DNA of 64,000 nucleotides from a virus (lineage: Duplodnaviria > Caudoviricetes): IMG/VR virus record IMGVR_UViG_2930734477_000003, positions 5,708 through 69,707 of that record. One strand, written 5' to 3'. The position numbers and the translations under genes are program-made. The notes under the pieces were generated by a model. It was not told the DNA's origin. It saw only the letters and a list, made by a program, of their open reading frames with translations, and did not search any database. Below, piece by piece: positions 17,876 to 27,078 of this stretch (position 1 is the first letter of the stretch; every line of letters starts with the position of its first letter).

Positions 17876-18961
17876 TCAGTCGGCGGGCTCGCGGAACATC
17901 GGCTTGCCGGGGCCATCGAGGTGGCCACGCAGGTGCCGCTCCACGACGTCCTTCTGCTCCTGCGGTATGTCCGCCTTCGCCAGTTGCGCCAGGGCCTGCC
18001 GCACGGCGGGCAGGTTCGCGGGCGCGCCGACGCGCGGCTCGTGGTGTGCGAAGCGGTAGGAGGCGGCGTCGGTGGGGTCACCGTCGGGGTCGACCCAGGC
18101 GTGCATGTAGCGCAGCACGACCTCGCTGCCGCCCGCGGCGGCTGTCGCCGTCCGACGGTCGAAGCCGGGCTCGGTGCACACGCTGGTGGTGTGCGCCGGG
18201 ATCTGCGGTGACAGGCGCACCGCAACGTCGCCGCCCTCGGCGATCGCCTGCGCCTCGGCCACGGTGAGCCAGCCGGATTCCTTTGCCTTCGGCCGTGGCT
18301 TCATCTGCCGGTGCAGCGCGAGGACGTTGTCCCGGGCCCGCGTGAGCCGCTGGAGGTCGACGCCGTCCGAGCGGAGTTCCGCCATGGCGGCGTCGGGGTC
18401 GAGGGCGGCCAGGACCTCGAGGGCGCCGGCCGCGCTGTTGATCTCCGCGCTCGTGGCGGGGTTCGCGCCGAAGTTCACCACGCTGACGTCGCCCTTGTGC
18501 AGGGACACCTCCAGCAGGCGGCGTTCGGTGTAGTCCTCGTTCCACTCCTGCCGCTTCACCCGGAACCCGAACGACATCTCGTCCATGTCGCCGCGCCGCA
18601 TCTTCGTGCGCAGCCGCTGCACGTCCGGGTCATCAGGGTCGAGGTCGGCCTCGACGTGCAGGCCCTTGGTGTCGGCCGCGAGCTGGAGCGTGCCCGACTT
18701 CGTGCGCGCGAGCGGCATGCCCTCGTGGTTGATGAGCAGGTGGAGGTCCGGCTTCGCCTTCAGCGTGGTGTCGAACGCCTTCCGGTCGACGATCTCCGTC
18801 CAGCCGTACGGCGGGCCGCCGTACACGTCGTACGGCGACTCGAACACGGAGGCGTAGCCGGTGAGCGTCAGCTCCCCGCCGTCGGCCCGCAGCTCGAGGC
18901 CGCCGTTGATCTGGATCGCCCGCCGCTCGGGGACGTCGATGAGGTCGCGGCGGTCAGCCAT
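17876..18961 (-). CDS. HK97-family prohead protease with C-terminal extension
   Basis: GYASVF, LLINHEG, EMSFGF and DVSVVNFGANP motifs. Confidence 0.92.
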   Translation of the reverse strand: MADRRDLIDVPERRAIQINGGLELRADGGELTLTGYASVFESPYDVYGGPPYGWTEIVDRKAFDTTLKAKPDLHLLINHEGMPLARTKSGTLQLAADTKGLHVEADLDPDDPDVQRLRTKMRRGDMDEMSFGFRVKRQEWNEDYTERRLLEVSLHKGDVSVVNFGANPATSAEINSAAGALEVLAALDPDAAMAELRSDGVDLQRLTRARDNVLALHRQMKPRPKAKESGWLTVAEAQAIAEGGDVAVRLSPQIPAHTTSVCTEPGFDRRTATAAAGGSEVVLRYMHAWVDPDGDPTDAASYRFAHHEPRVGAPANLPAVRQALAQLAKADIPQEQKDVVERHLRGHLDGPGKPMFREPAD

Positions 18962-20234
18962 GGTTCCCCCTCGGGGCCTTGACGAGGCGCAGCCCCGTGT
19001 CGTGAGGCGGCCTCTCGCCGCGGATCTGTGGGACCGTGATGTTCGAGCCGGCCTGGATGGGCAGCGGCGTGTAGTCCTGGCCCTGGCCGTCCGGGATCGG
19101 CGGCTCGTCCTCGCGGGCGCGCAGCTCGTCGAGGTTGTTGAGGCCGATGAGGCGCGACTTCTCGTAGACGGAGTGCCGGGTGAGGATGTCCACCCGGATC
19201 AGCGCGTCGGCGTTGAACTTGATGAACTGGCCGCGCGGCAACTGCGCGGAGAGGTGGTTCTCGAGCTTCACCAGGTACGGCAGCAGCGCGTCCTGGATGA
19301 ACTCGATCTGCCGCTGCTCCGGGGAGCTGTAGGTGTAGGAGCCGCCGGTCTCGCCGCCGATCTTCTCCGGCGGGATGCCGTAGATCGCCGCGACCTGTGT
19401 GGCCGTCAGCCGCTGCGTCTCGCAGAACTGCGCCTCTTGGACGCTGATCGTGATCGGCTGGTACTCCCAGTCCTTGCCGTACACGATCGGCTCGTGCGAC
19501 CGGATCGCGGACACCAGACGCCGCTTGATCGTCCCCGCGTCCTTCTGCGTCAGCGTCTGCTGCGTGTTGCGGAAGTGCCCGGGCGGCTGCCCGCCCGAGC
19601 GGAAGTAGTCGTCGACGAACTTCTGCGCGGCCAGACCGGTCGACACCGTCACCGCGTACGCGGCGATCGGCGACAGCCCCCACACCCGGCCCGGCATCGT
19701 CATCCAGGGGATGTGCACGATGTCGTACGCCGGGATCTCGATCCCGCAGTACGTCCAGACCGGATCCGTGAACGACCCGCGCTGCCCCATCGGCATGCCG
19801 TCCTGGACGAACACATCCGCCGGGTTCAGCCACTCGATCCGCGTCGGGAACTCCAGCCAGTCCCGCTCCATGACCAGACCGACGGCGTTCCCGCGATAGA
19901 CCAGCGACGTCATCGCCCGCCACAGCCAGTCGTCGATCGTCCCCTGCGCCGACGGCCTCTGGAACAACGACGACAGCGACAGCTTCGACGTCGTCTCACC
20001 CACCCGCCGGTACTGCTTGATCGGCAGCGACGCCACCGACGACGCCAGCAGCCGGCCCGCCGCGAACACCGGAGTCAGCCGCAGCGCACCGTGCTCCGAC
20101 ACCGCCGTCGGCGACGCCAGATCGTCCACCGGCCACGACACGTCACCGACGCCGATGTCCCGCTGCTCCGCCGCCCTCGCTGCCGCGCCGTTGCCGCCGC
20201 GAGTCCAGCCCCACCGGCGGAAGGGGTTGCGCAT
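18954..20234 (-). CDS. Portal protein (HK97 family)
   Basis: GLSPI, AAIYGIPP and NELR-like (DELRARED) motifs. Confidence 0.93.
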   Translation of the reverse strand: MRNPFRRWGWTRGGNGAAARAAEQRDIGVGDVSWPVDDLASPTAVSEHGALRLTPVFAAGRLLASSVASLPIKQYRRVGETTSKLSLSSLFQRPSAQGTIDDWLWRAMTSLVYRGNAVGLVMERDWLEFPTRIEWLNPADVFVQDGMPMGQRGSFTDPVWTYCGIEIPAYDIVHIPWMTMPGRVWGLSPIAAYAVTVSTGLAAQKFVDDYFRSGGQPPGHFRNTQQTLTQKDAGTIKRRLVSAIRSHEPIVYGKDWEYQPITISVQEAQFCETQRLTATQVAAIYGIPPEKIGGETGGSYTYSSPEQRQIEFIQDALLPYLVKLENHLSAQLPRGQFIKFNADALIRVDILTRHSVYEKSRLIGLNNLDELRAREDEPPIPDGQGQDYTPLPIQAGSNITVPQIRGERPPHDTGLRLVKAPRGNHG

Positions 20235-20307
20235 GCGGCCCCCTCCCTGGGTGGGGCCGCTGACGGCCGCGGTTGTGGTCCTGGGGAGCTGCGGTTGTGG
20301 TTCTGCG

Positions 20308-21843
20308 TCAGAAGATCGAGTCGAGGACGTCGTACGACGCCTCGGCGAGCAGGAAGCTGCGGGCGACGTACACCCAGCGGGCCAGGGACATCGCGACCAG
20401 GGGGCTGATCTCCACGTCCGAACTGGCCGGAGCCCACGCGATGGTGTCGCCGCTCTGCTTGGTCTTCGCGCCGGCCACTGCGGTGTCGAGATGCTGGTTC
20501 GGCACGACCCGGAAGGACTGCTCGCGCACCCCGTCGAGGACCTGGCCCGCGGCGGCCGCCATCTCCACCGCGCCGGTCACCGCCAGATCGCCCGCCTCGG
20601 GCGAGTCCTTGTCCTCCGGGAGCTGGAACCCGGCCGCCTTGAGGTCCGTGTCCAGGTAGGCGTGCGTGCCGCGGCCCATGGCGATCGCGATCGGACCGAG
20701 CGCATCCCGCAGTTCCACCAGGCGCGGGATGACCCACTTCGTACCGGACCGGTAGTCCGCGAGCTGCACGTGCCCGAGACCGTCGTCACGGACGCCGTAC
20801 ACGCACACCGCGGCGTAGTCCCGCAGCGGGCTGATGTCGACGCCGAGCGCGACCCCGCCGGCCGCGGTACGCGCCGACTGCTCGTCGGCCATCGCCGCCC
20901 ACGACTTCGGATCGATGACGATGTTGCCCTGCGAGCGGCGCGGCCAGATCCCGAGGATCTCCCGCGCGAACCCCTTGGGCGACATGCCGCGACGGTCACG
21001 CACCATGGCCTCCGGGGTCACCCGGGTGCCCCAGGCCGGGTTCGTCGCCGCCCACAGCCGCCGGTCGTCGAGGTCGACATCGTCCAGGTGGTCGAGGTCA
21101 CCGGCCGCGCCCCAGTCCCGGTAGCCGAGCGAGTCGTCGCCCCCGTCTTCGGCTCGCGCGCGCAGCATGTACAGGACGTCGCCGGAATCACCGTCGAGCG
21201 GCGGCGACGAGGTGTAGATGATCTGCGGGTTGGGGCGGGCCCGCATGGTCGGCATCAGCGCGTCCTGCTGGATCAGCGTGTAGGCGAAAGCCTCGTCGAT
21301 GATGACCAGATCGCCGGAGAAGCCGCGGCCGCTGCCCTTGGACCTGGCCACGAACTTGATCCGGGCCTCGGTGTCCAGCCGCTCGAAACCCTCTTCACCG
21401 TTGGTGTTCGAGATCTTGATGCGGACGCCGTCGACCTCGTAGAGGTTCTCGTTGTTCCCGACCTGCTTGCCGAGCCTCTTGATCAGCCGCCGGACGCGCC
21501 GGAACGCCTCCATCGACGTCTTGTACTCGTGCGCGGACCAGAGGATGACTTCCTCGCCGAGCACCAGGAACCCGAGCAGGACGCGGATCTCGAGGATGCC
21601 GCCCTTGCCGTTCTGGCGGGCGACCAGCTCGGCGTACTCGAAGCAGGCCCACTTGCCGTCCTCGCGGCAGGCGAACAGCAGGTCGACGGCGTCGCGCTGC
21701 CACTGGTCGGCGATCAGCCCGGCACGGGCGGCCAGATCACAGGCTTCCGCTCCGAGGGTGTAGGCGTACGGCGGGTGGACCTCAACCCTCGGCCTTGCGG
21801 CGGCGGTCAGCGATCCGCTTGGTGAGGTCGGAGACACCCACAC
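20308..21843 (-). CDS. Terminase large subunit
   Basis: VARQNGKG Walker A; GRGFSGDLVIIDEA Walker B; GVDIS nuclease motif. Confidence 0.93.
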   Translation of the reverse strand: MWVSPTSPSGSLTAAARPRVEVHPPYAYTLGAEACDLAARAGLIADQWQRDAVDLLFACREDGKWACFEYAELVARQNGKGGILEIRVLLGFLVLGEEVILWSAHEYKTSMEAFRRVRRLIKRLGKQVGNNENLYEVDGVRIKISNTNGEEGFERLDTEARIKFVARSKGSGRGFSGDLVIIDEAFAYTLIQQDALMPTMRARPNPQIIYTSSPPLDGDSGDVLYMLRARAEDGGDDSLGYRDWGAAGDLDHLDDVDLDDRRLWAATNPAWGTRVTPEAMVRDRRGMSPKGFAREILGIWPRRSQGNIVIDPKSWAAMADEQSARTAAGGVALGVDISPLRDYAAVCVYGVRDDGLGHVQLADYRSGTKWVIPRLVELRDALGPIAIAMGRGTHAYLDTDLKAAGFQLPEDKDSPEAGDLAVTGAVEMAAAAGQVLDGVREQSFRVVPNQHLDTAVAGAKTKQSGDTIAWAPASSDVEISPLVAMSLARWVYVARSFLLAEASYDVLDSIF

Positions 21844-22188
21844 CCCCCGACGGCTCCTCGTCCTTCGCCGGGCCGACGCCCACCTGACCTTGGCGAATCT
21901 CCGTCAGCAGGAGCTTGAGGGCACTGGATTGCTGCCGGGTCTCCGCCAACAGCCCGGAAAAATCAGCGAATTGGGCGACATCGGGCTTGACTTCTCCCGA
22001 CTGCACCCTCAACATGGAGTCCAGAAGGTCAAGCCGGTCAGCGATCCGACAAGCCTCCTCCAGCAGCACCAGATGCGCCGGAGTCAGAGACCAGATCGCG
22101 AGGGACTCCTCCCACATCCGCCGGCCCCGATCCCCCAGTCCGGGGGGCACCTCCACGAAGATCACCCACCCTGGGAGACCCCTGGCCA
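21782..22188 (-). CDS. Terminase small subunit (start uncertain)
   Basis: PPGLGDRGRRMW...LLEEACRIADRLD...ETRQQ motif; position. Confidence 0.8.
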
Positions 22189-22194
22189 TCTCAG

Positions 22195-22260
22195 CGGGGG
22201 GATATTTTTTTGAGTTGGGCGCGGGGTCAATGAGTCGATCATGAAAAAAATGGATTCGCA
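22195..22260. other. Probable cos/packaging region
   Basis: AT-rich runs (A7, T7) flanking GACCCCGCGCCC between HNH and small terminase. Confidence 0.5.
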
Positions 22261-22444
22261 CACGCGCATTTGCGCAAACATGCTCTGACCTGCACGTATC
22301 CGATTTGACCGTCTTCGCGTGAGCGAAGTTGATCTATCCACCATGATCATTCCCATGGCTCAAGATCACCGGGAGCGGCACGACGATCATGGGGCGCGCC
22401 GGGCATGGGCGGTGAACGGCCTGGTCAGGCGACGGACGCGCGGG

Positions 22445-22771
22445 TCAGAGGGCTGTGGCCGGCACGGTGTGGGCTGGGCGTGGGCGCTGTGCCCCTCTGA
22501 GGCGGTTGTTCCTGATGGTGTTGCAGCGGCGGTGGGCGAGTCGGCAGTTCGATCGGTCGAGCGGTTCGCCGCCGAGCCAGAGCGGGTGGACGTGGTCCAC
22601 GGTGCGTGCCATGGGGTGGGTGCGGCCTGGGAGGGACTGGTCTACGTAGCGGTGGCAGATCCAGCAGTGGGTCTCTTCGGTGTAGACCTGCGCTTGGAGG
22701 GTGGTCCAGGGCCGGCCGCTGCGGGCGAGTGCTGTGCGGCGGGCGATCTCTTGGGGGCTGAGCTGGGGCAT
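22445..22771 (-). CDS. HNH endonuclease (terminase-associated)
   Basis: CWIC...TVDHVHP...NCRLAHRRCN. Confidence 0.9.
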   Translation of the reverse strand: MPQLSPQEIARRTALARSGRPWTTLQAQVYTEETHCWICHRYVDQSLPGRTHPMARTVDHVHPLWLGGEPLDRSNCRLAHRRCNTIRNNRLRGAQRPRPAHTVPATAL

Positions 22772-22789
22772 GGTGCTGTGGGTCAGCGG

Positions 22790-22903
22790 TCAGCGGGTGG
22801 GGTGCTCGCGGTGGTGCAGGATGCGGGTGCCGATCTGCCACCAGGTGGCGGTGTAGCGGCCCTTGCCGGGGACTTCGTACTGGGTGCTGTGTCGGCGGAG
22901 CAT
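22790..22903 (-). CDS. 37-aa hypothetical protein (not in ORF track)
   Basis: GGAGG RBS; MLRRHSTQYEVPGKGRYTATWWQIGTRILHHREHPTR. Confidence 0.5.
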   Translation of the reverse strand: MLRRHSTQYEVPGKGRYTATWWQIGTRILHHREHPTR

Positions 22904-23012
22904 GGGTCCTCCCGGCATGGGGAAGCCCGGCGCGGTGGCCGGGCTGGGAGTGTGGGGGTGGTGGCAGGTGTGGGGGGGGGTGAGACCTCAGGGACACCGC
23001 AGCCACCGTCTC

Positions 23013-23044
23013 ACAGAATGATCGGCATGCGGATCTTCTGTCAA
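23013..23044 (-). promoter_or_regulatory. Putative late promoter TTGACA-18-CATTCT with dyad in spacer
   Basis: Imperfect inverted repeat ACAGAA-T-GATC-GGCATGCG-GATC-TTCTGT overlapping both hexamers. Confidence 0.6.
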
Positions 23045-23061
23045 GCGGTGTGTGTTGGGGT

Positions 23062-23283
23062 CTATTCACCGGTGGGTGTCTTGTGCTGGGTGGCTTCTGT
23101 GATGTCGGCGAGGTCCCAGAGGGCGAGGGCTTGGCCGCGTGCGGGGTTGGGGCGGGAGCTGGCGGGGGTGAGGTGGCGTCGGCGGGCCCAGTCGCGGAAG
23201 CGTTTGGGGGTCATGCCGAGGGAGTAGGCGGCCAGGTCGGTGGTGACGAGGGGACGGCCGTCGCGGCCGTGCTGGGTGGTCAT
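23062..23283 (-). CDS. Small MerR/Xis-like HTH protein
   Basis: TTDLAAYSLGMTPKRFRDWARRRHL. Confidence 0.7.
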   Translation of the reverse strand: MTTQHGRDGRPLVTTDLAAYSLGMTPKRFRDWARRRHLTPASSRPNPARGQALALWDLADITEATQHKTPTGE

Positions 23284-23570
23284 GGTGTGAGCCGCTCTCG
23301 GCAGCAGCACCGGCCGTCCATCATCACGCCGGTGCCTGCCTGGTACTCGTCCTCACAGGAGGAGCAGCACGGGCCGGTGTGGGCCAGTGAGTGGATGTAG
23401 TACTGGCCCCAGTCGCGGCGGGGCTTGAGGTGGTCGGCGAAGCGCCGGAACCAGCGCAGTTGTGATCGCGGTCCCCATAGAGCGACGACGTGGGGCACCT
23501 CGCCTTTGAGAGGCGGGTGCTGCGGCGTGTACGCGGGGTCATCGAGCGGGGCGAGGAGGGGAGAGTTCAC
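23280..23570 (-). CDS. Hypothetical Cys-rich protein
   Basis: GGAGG RBS; HTGPCCSSC...RCCCR; coupled to downstream gene. Confidence 0.6.
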   Translation of the reverse strand: MNSPLLAPLDDPAYTPQHPPLKGEVPHVVALWGPRSQLRWFRRFADHLKPRRDWGQYYIHSLAHTGPCCSSCEDEYQAGTGVMMDGRCCCRERLTP

Positions 23571-23612
23571 CCCTCCAGTGTTCCCCGGCGCACGGGATCG
23601 ACGGAGGTGCGC

Positions 23613-24245
23613 TTACAAGACTGCCTTCCACGCCTCCGTGCAGACGTGGCATCCCCGTCGGCCCGGCAGATCGGGCAGGTCGTACCCGTTGTCACCACTC
23701 ACGTCGTGTCCGCGAGGGCAGCGGATCATCCTGCTCGCCTTGCTCTTGTACCCTCGGCGCCGGTCAGTCTTCTTCTTGACCGGCCCTTCGGCGAGGCAGT
23801 CGAAGCAGATGCGTACCCATCCGTCGAGTCGGAACACGGGCACAAGGCTGCTCCAGTCGTGACCACGGCGACACACCGGCCTCCGCAGGTCGATTCGCCG
23901 CTGATTCTCCAAGGTGGTCACCCACTCCAAGTGGGCAACATTCAGGCAGTCGCGGACCTGGCAGAGGTGGTCGACTTCCAGCCCCGTGTCCTCGGGAATC
24001 GCCCCGAAGGCGATCGCCCAGGCGACATGGTGAGCAGGGACATGGTGACGGCGATCGCTGATCTTGGCACGGCCCCAGCCGCCTTTGTTGACCTTGCCGC
24101 GCCAGTGAATGCACCCAACGTCGTCGAGCACGGTGCAGAGCGGGCGTCCGTCCGGCTCACTGCACAGGGAACGGAACAGTTCAATGTCCGCGTCGGTAAG
24201 CGCAAGTTGCCTACGAGGAGCAGGCGTGGAAGTACGCTGAAGCAC
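23613..24245 (-). CDS. Free-standing HNH homing-type endonuclease
   Basis: CIHWRG...VDHLCQVRDCLNVAHLE...EN; two CxRGH zinc motifs; lower GC. Confidence 0.88.
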   Translation of the reverse strand: MLQRTSTPAPRRQLALTDADIELFRSLCSEPDGRPLCTVLDDVGCIHWRGKVNKGGWGRAKISDRRHHVPAHHVAWAIAFGAIPEDTGLEVDHLCQVRDCLNVAHLEWVTTLENQRRIDLRRPVCRRGHDWSSLVPVFRLDGWVRICFDCLAEGPVKKKTDRRRGYKSKASRMIRCPRGHDVSGDNGYDLPDLPGRRGCHVCTEAWKAVL

Positions 24246-24457
24246 GTCGATCTCCTAGTCGGATCGGCCATGCCCCGGGACGGTTGCACCCGTCGCCGGG
24301 GTCTCTCTGTGTTCTCTCATTCTCCCATTCGCCACTGACAATCGGGCCTGACCTGCGGAAATGGAGTCCCCGGTTCTGAGGCGTGGCGGCTGGGACGCCG
24401 GCGGATATGGGGCCCGACGACCGGATTGGCCGGGGGTTCTGGCGTGGCGCGAGACAT

Positions 24458-24485
24458 GGCCCCCACCGCCGAAGCGGTGGGGGCC
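24458..24485. terminator. 12-bp hairpin with cUUCGg loop on minus strand
   Basis: GGCCCCCACCGC-CGAA-GCGGTGGGGGCC. Confidence 0.55.
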
Positions 24486-24627
24486 TTCGTCGTGCTCTGG
24501 GGCAGGTAACCGGCGGCGGATTTGCGGGATTGGCCGTCGGGCGAGCCGTCGCCGTGTCATCCTTGTCTCGCAGAGCCGGGGAGCAGGTGGGTGTCCTTCA
24601 CCTTCTCCCCCGTTGCTCACGACTTCC

Positions 24628-24662
24628 GGCGTCCCACTACGTCTCTCAGGTAGTGGGGCGCC
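24628..24662 (-). terminator. Hairpin immediately after 24672..25547
   Basis: GGCGTCCCACTAC / GTAGTGGGGCGCC. Confidence 0.5.
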
Positions 24663-24671
24663 GAAGCGTTT

Positions 24672-25547
24672 CTACCGACGCCACACGTTGACCTTCTCCG
24701 TCGACAGCAGCGGCGCCCCCTCCGGACCCTTCACATAGGAGGGCACCCATGTCTGCCGGCGCAGGGACTGGCCCGGTCCGTGCGCCTGGTTCCTCCAGTG
24801 GCCGGACACGATCCACCGGTGTCGGTAGTGCCGGCCGTTCCCAGCATCCGGGTCCCGGTCCTGCGGCGTGTACTGGCGGCGCAGATCGACTACGGTCACG
24901 TCCGGTGCGGGCAGGTCGTCGCGGGCGTAGGCGCGGGCGGTCGGTTTGTCGGCCCGTTCCCGGGTGCGATCGACGAGTAGGGGCTGCTGCATCAGCAGCC
25001 ACGCTGACGCCAGCGCGGCAATCACGGCCGGCGTGAGCTGGGGGTCGACCTCGGCCATCGACAGTGGCTCGTCCGTGATCGGGATCGTGCCACCGTAGAT
25101 CGGGAGCAGCGGCGGCATCCGGGACTCATCCAGCGTGAGCGCCTGGGCGAGCGGGGCGATCTCTGCGGCCATCCGGGTCCGGGACATCAGCAGCCACACC
25201 ATCAGATCGCCCTGGTACGGGCCCCACGCGCACGCTTCGACCGGGACCTGTACGCCCTCGGCGTTCATGTGGCCGATGCCGTCCTGCCAGTACAGCAGCC
25301 CGCACGGGGCGGGCCGGTCGGCGGTCGCCCACCGTGCGGCGGCCAGCTCCCCGCCGGCGTGCATCGCGAGGGCGGCCATGTCCTGCTGCACCCAGAAGAG
25401 TTCCCCGACCTCCAGCATGGAGGCGAGAGCGTCCAGCCCGGGTGCGACGTCTGGGCTGGTCTTGGACCGGAGGGACGATGCCGGGTCCCGAAGGTGCCGC
25501 AGCGTCTGCCGCCGCACCTTCGGGAGTTGGGAAGGACGCAGGGTCAC
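24672..25547 (-). CDS. Hypothetical protein with C-terminal RWIVSGHWRNQ...WVPSYVKGP motif
   Basis: GTGA overlap; basic His/Trp motif recurrent in phage proteins. Confidence 0.8.
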   Translation of the reverse strand: MTLRPSQLPKVRRQTLRHLRDPASSLRSKTSPDVAPGLDALASMLEVGELFWVQQDMAALAMHAGGELAAARWATADRPAPCGLLYWQDGIGHMNAEGVQVPVEACAWGPYQGDLMVWLLMSRTRMAAEIAPLAQALTLDESRMPPLLPIYGGTIPITDEPLSMAEVDPQLTPAVIAALASAWLLMQQPLLVDRTRERADKPTARAYARDDLPAPDVTVVDLRRQYTPQDRDPDAGNGRHYRHRWIVSGHWRNQAHGPGQSLRRQTWVPSYVKGPEGAPLLSTEKVNVWRR

Positions 25548-26116
25548 TGGCTGTCCCTGAGGTCGGTGCGGGTGCCGCGGCCGGGCCGCTTGGCGAGGGC
25601 CTCCAGGACGGCGCCCCTGAGGTAGATGGCCTGCGGCCGGCCCGACTCCGGGTGCGGCAGGTAGGTGTACGGCTTCAGCCCGAGCCGCGACAGCACACCC
25701 GAGGCGACCTTCGCCGGGCTGGCCGCCGTCGACTTCAGGTCTTCCCGGCCGATCTCCTCCAGGGTGACCGGGTCGTGGTAGTCGACGATCGGCGTAAGGT
25801 CGATGTCCTCCAGGCAGGCGGCGATGTCCAGGCCGCCGTCCTCGGTGGTGGGGTAGCCCTCCCACTCGTCGTCCTCGGGCTGCCACGGGCCGATGAACTC
25901 GTCCCCGCACAGGGACACGCTCGGCGGGAGGGCGTCCTCGATGGCGCTCCGGTAGCAGGCCTTCATCTTGTCCAGCGCGCCGGACTTCTCGACGCGCTCC
26001 AGCCAGTCGCTGTCGGCGCCGCCGATGAAGTCGACGACGTCGACGTCGGGGCTGGTGGAGTACGTGTTGACCTGGTTGCACCAGGTGCCGTAGCTGGTCG
26101 TTGTGCGGTAGCTCAC
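25544..26116 (-). CDS. Hypothetical protein, acidic N-domain plus C-terminal putative DNA-binding domain
   Basis: GAAGGGA RBS, GTG start; ends RPGRGTRTDL. Confidence 0.75.
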   Translation of the reverse strand: MSYRTTTSYGTWCNQVNTYSTSPDVDVVDFIGGADSDWLERVEKSGALDKMKACYRSAIEDALPPSVSLCGDEFIGPWQPEDDEWEGYPTTEDGGLDIAACLEDIDLTPIVDYHDPVTLEEIGREDLKSTAASPAKVASGVLSRLGLKPYTYLPHPESGRPQAIYLRGAVLEALAKRPGRGTRTDLRDSQ

Positions 26117-26151
26117 GGGATGTCCCTTCCGGGGGTGGTGGAGTGGCGGGT

Positions 26152-26661
26152 TCAGAGGGCGTCGGTTGCGGCGCGGACGCCGGCGACGACGGCGTCCCAC
26201 AGCTCGTCGCGGTCGGCGACGCGGGACTCGTCGATGCCGTAGCGGCAGTGGAGCTTGCCGTCTGCGGTGTCGAACCAGACCTTGTTGATCGACCAGAGCA
26301 GCTTGTACGCCTGCCGGTTGGAGATGCCGTTGCCCTGGTAGGAGGCGGAGGCGATGTTGCCGGTGCCGTAGTGGCTGATCTCCAGGCCGGCGAAGGCGGG
26401 CCAGTCGTTGAGGTAGACGCGGTCCATGCCGTTCTTCTGCCAGCGCCGACCGCCGATGGCGACGATCATTTCGGCGGTCCAGGGGGCACGCTTCGTGGCG
26501 GGGCGCTTCATCTTTCCGATGGCGATGCGGGCGGCGAGGGAGGCGGTGTCGATGACCCACCGGCCGGCGGCCTTGGCGGCGGCGACGGCGCCGATCCGGC
26601 ACCAGGTGCGGATGGTGGCGACGGTGACGCGGGCTTCGGTGGCGGCGGCGGTGGTGTTCAT
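26152..26661 (-). CDS. Xis/HTH_17-type DNA-binding protein with C-terminal domain
   Basis: AAATEARVTVATIRTWCRIGAVAAAKAAGRWVID; GGAGG RBS. Confidence 0.8.
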   Translation of the reverse strand: MNTTAAATEARVTVATIRTWCRIGAVAAAKAAGRWVIDTASLAARIAIGKMKRPATKRAPWTAEMIVAIGGRRWQKNGMDRVYLNDWPAFAGLEISHYGTGNIASASYQGNGISNRQAYKLLWSINKVWFDTADGKLHCRYGIDESRVADRDELWDAVVAGVRAATDAL

Positions 26662-26690
26662 CGTGGGCTCCCTCCCCTTGCGATGACCCA

Positions 26691-26720
26691 ACTATGACGT
26701 ACGTACGTCGATGTTGTCAA
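26691..26720 (-). promoter_or_regulatory. Promoter TTGACA-18-CATAGT with perfect 14-bp palindrome
   Basis: GACGTACGTACGTC at 26696-26709. Confidence 0.7.
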
Positions 26721-26796
26721 GAAGGGTCCCCGGGGCACAGAAAGTCGCCCGCCACCTGAGAGAGATCACCTCAGGCGACGGGCCGCTTCGTGCGGG

Positions 26797-27012
26797 TCAG
26801 TTCGTCCAGATGTCGGGGCCGCCGCCGCGCCATTCGATCAGTTCGGAGCGGACCACGTCCATCTCGTCGAACTCGTGCAGGCCGGCTTGTTGCATGAAGG
26901 CGGCCACGTCCCGTGCGGAGTAGGCGCGGCCGGAGATCGTGCCGTCGATGCGGACGCGCCGGCCGCCGTCCTCGTCGGGCGGGTAGATCACCACGGGGTG
27001 TGAGCCGGTCAT
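26797..27012 (-). CDS. Small hypothetical protein (Streptomyces-type)
   Basis: PVVIYPPDEDGGRRVRIDG...IEWRGGGPDIW. Confidence 0.75.
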   Translation of the reverse strand: MTGSHPVVIYPPDEDGGRRVRIDGTISGRAYSARDVAAFMQQAGLHEFDEMDVVRSELIEWRGGGPDIWTN

Positions 27013-27078
27013 GTTCCCAGGGTGCGCGCGGTTGACGCGTACGGCATGCGGGGCTGCTCCGTCTGTCATCCTGGCGGG

